Part shown: positions 62,602 through 64,000 of the stretch, piece after piece
How the letters are laid out: the number at the start of each line of letters is the position of its first letter
How positions within the stretch are numbered: position 1 is the stretch's first letter
Source of the DNA: Gemmatimonadaceae bacterium
GTDB taxonomy: Bacteria; Gemmatimonadota; Gemmatimonadetes; Gemmatimonadales; Gemmatimonadaceae
DNA length: 64,000 bases
Assembly: GCA_046327755.1 (NCBI GenBank)
Contig: JAXLXW010000014.1
Coordinates: 8,051 to 72,050, forward strand
Reading direction: 5' to 3'
Program-made: the position numbers and the translations under genes
Notes under the pieces: generated by a model
Database searches by the model: none
What the model was told of the DNA's origin: nothing
The model's input: the letters and a program-made list of their open reading frames with translations, nothing else

Positions 62602-63033
62602 TCACTCCCGCGAGAAGACGCGCCGCACGTCGTCACCCACGCGCGTGACCTTACCCGTGGTTCGCGAGATGGGACACCAGAGCGTGCGCGTGCGCGCCAG
62701 CACCTTGCGATCGCTCGCACGCAGGATCTCCACGAAACGTTCGAAGCGAATCGCCTCCGCCTGCCCCACCCACGTGGACGCGACGATCGCGTCGCCGGGG
62801 AGCGCGGGGTGCTTGTAGTCGATCTCGTGGCGCAGCGCGACCCAGGCGATCCCGTCCTGCTGTTCCGCCGTCGCGGCGGCGCGCCAGTGTGCGGTCGCCA
62901 CGTCCTGCGCCCACCGCAGGTAGACGACGTTGTTCACGTGCCCCAGCTCGTCGATGTCGTCCGGCGCGATGGCGAGCGGGAGCTCGAATCGATCGGCTGG
63001 CGTGGTGGCGTTGGCGGGCGATGGCGTCGACAT
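62602..63033 (-). CDS. 4HBT-fold acyl-CoA thioesterase
   Basis: Internal ATG at 63033. DIDELGHVNNVVYLRWAQD is the hot-dog thioesterase motif. Confidence 0.8.
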   Translation of the reverse strand: MSTPSPANATTPADRFELPLAIAPDDIDELGHVNNVVYLRWAQDVATAHWRAAATAEQQDGIAWVALRHEIDYKHPALPGDAIVASTWVGQAEAIRFERFVEILRASDRKVLARTRTLWCPISRTTGKVTRVGDDVRRVFSRE

Positions 63034-63217
63034 GCGGGACCCTGGGGTGAGCGCTGCGTACCGATGGAAGAAAGCGCCGAGGGCGCGTGGGTCAACCATT
63101 CCGCTCGCGCGCGGGCGACGATCGGTGGTTGTTCCTCCCACCGACGCACGCTATCGTCGTCCCGCGCCACCCGCCGTGGGTGGTTGCCCGGATGCTCTCC
63201 GCCGACCCCGACTCGTC

Positions 63218-64000
63218 ATGCGTCGCCCTTCGATCCTGCTCCGCGCCGCCGCGATTGCGTCGCTCGTCGCGCTCGTCGCGCTCGTCGCGCTCGTCGCGCT
63301 CGTCGCTGCTCCCCTTCACGCGCAGGGGGGGCGCAAGGGAAGCGCGCCGCCACCCTTCTCCGTCGTCGAGGCGACGATCCCCGAGATGCAGGCGGCGCTC
63401 GCGTCGGGTCGGGTGACGTCGCGCCAGCTCGTGCAGCAGTACCTCACCCGCATCGCGCTGTATGAGGACAAGCTCAACGCGATCATCACGGTGAACCCCA
63501 ACGCACTCGCCGAGGCGGACGCGAAGGATCGCGAGCGCGCGCAGGGGAAGGCGACGGGGGCGCTGCACGGCATTCCGATCGCGCTCAAGGACAACATCAA
63601 CACCGTCGACCTTCCCACGACCGGTGGTGCGCTTGCCTTTGCGGCGCTGACACCGCCGTACGATGCCACGCTCACCAAGCAGCTGCGCGACGCCGGCGCC
63701 ATCATCCTCGCCAAGACGCAGCTGACGGAGCTGGCCAACTGGGTCGCCAGCGGGATGCCGGGGAACTACAACGGGCTCAATGGCTACGGGATGAATCCGT
63801 GGGACCCTCGGCGCGACCCGCGCGACGCGAACTTCGACGGGCGCCCGGTGCTCAGCACCGGCGGCTCCTCGTCGGGCGTGGGGACGAACGTCTCGTTCTG
63901 GGCGGCGAACGTGGGGACGGAAACGTCCGGCTCGATCCTCTCGCCGTCGCAGCAGAACTTCCTCGTCGGGATCAAGCCGACGCTGGGGCGCATCTCGCGC
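63218..64000 (+). CDS. secreted amidase-signature family protein, partial (runs off right edge)
   Basis: This frame is not in the ORF track because it is open-ended. My hand translation from ATG 63218 gives MRRPSILLRAAAIASLVALVALVALVALVAAPLHAQ... Later motifs are GALHGIPIALKDNI and STGGSSSGVG (amidase signature). Confidence 0.8.
   Translation, partial: MRRPSILLRAAAIASLVALVALVALVALVAAPLHAQGGRKGSAPPPFSVVEATIPEMQAALASGRVTSRQLVQQYLTRIALYEDKLNAIITVNPNALAEADAKDRERAQGKATGALHGIPIALKDNINTVDLPTTGGALAFAALTPPYDATLTKQLRDAGAIILAKTQLTELANWVASGMPGNYNGLNGYGMNPWDPRRDPRDANFDGRPVLSTGGSSSGVGTNVSFWAANVGTETSGSILSPSQQNFLVGIKPTLGRISR

Noticed and set aside
1-64000. Genomic island, prophage or other mobile element
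   Set aside because: There are no integrase, transposase, phage or conjugation genes and no flanking tRNA. By eye I saw no obvious compositional break. The only accessory-type trace is the PIN pseudogene.

Overview
This is a high-GC (my estimate about 70%) bacterial chromosomal segment. The gene content suggests a Gemmatimonadota/Acidobacteriota-like soil organism: a PadR plus ADOP-type orphan FtsX permease pair, CarboxypepD_reg-type TonB receptors, many secreted hydrolases and lipoproteins, and few Shine-Dalgarno sites. That taxonomic call is inference only. I call about 47 protein-coding genes, two of them cut by the window edges. I saw no rRNA, tRNA, CRISPR array, transposase, integrase or phage genes.

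Recognisable blocks:
- A gluconate / oxidative pentose-phosphate cluster: a PQQ quinohaemoprotein, gntK, a GntP permease, zwf, gnd and pgl.
- An MCP chemoreceptor, GGT and class I fumarase.
- Acyl-CoA metabolism genes.
- Numerous peptidases and hydrolases.

Items I think deserve a second look:
1. The octamer CGTTAGGC/GCCTAACG is strongly over-represented regardless of reading frame. It accounts for every TTA codon I noticed while scanning and for three TAG stop codons.
2. A 1337-aa membrane-tethered SARP/BTAD plus AAA-ATPase regulator has a periplasmic propeller/Big_2/lectin-like sensor. It sits divergent from a repeat lipoprotein.
3. A four-cupredoxin-domain multicopper oxidase has its copper motifs in permuted order, with reciprocal ligand loss between the duplicated halves.
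4. A tightly linked HExxH peptidase plus ATP-grasp ligase module.
5. A REP-like family of short palindromic units at three intergenic loci.
6. A decayed PIN (VapC-like) toxin gene beside a PadR operator-like double palindrome.

All calls come from reading the ORF track and the DNA by eye. No database search was run, so family names are motif recognition from memory and start codons are provisional. The ORF track evidently allows GTG and TTG starts.
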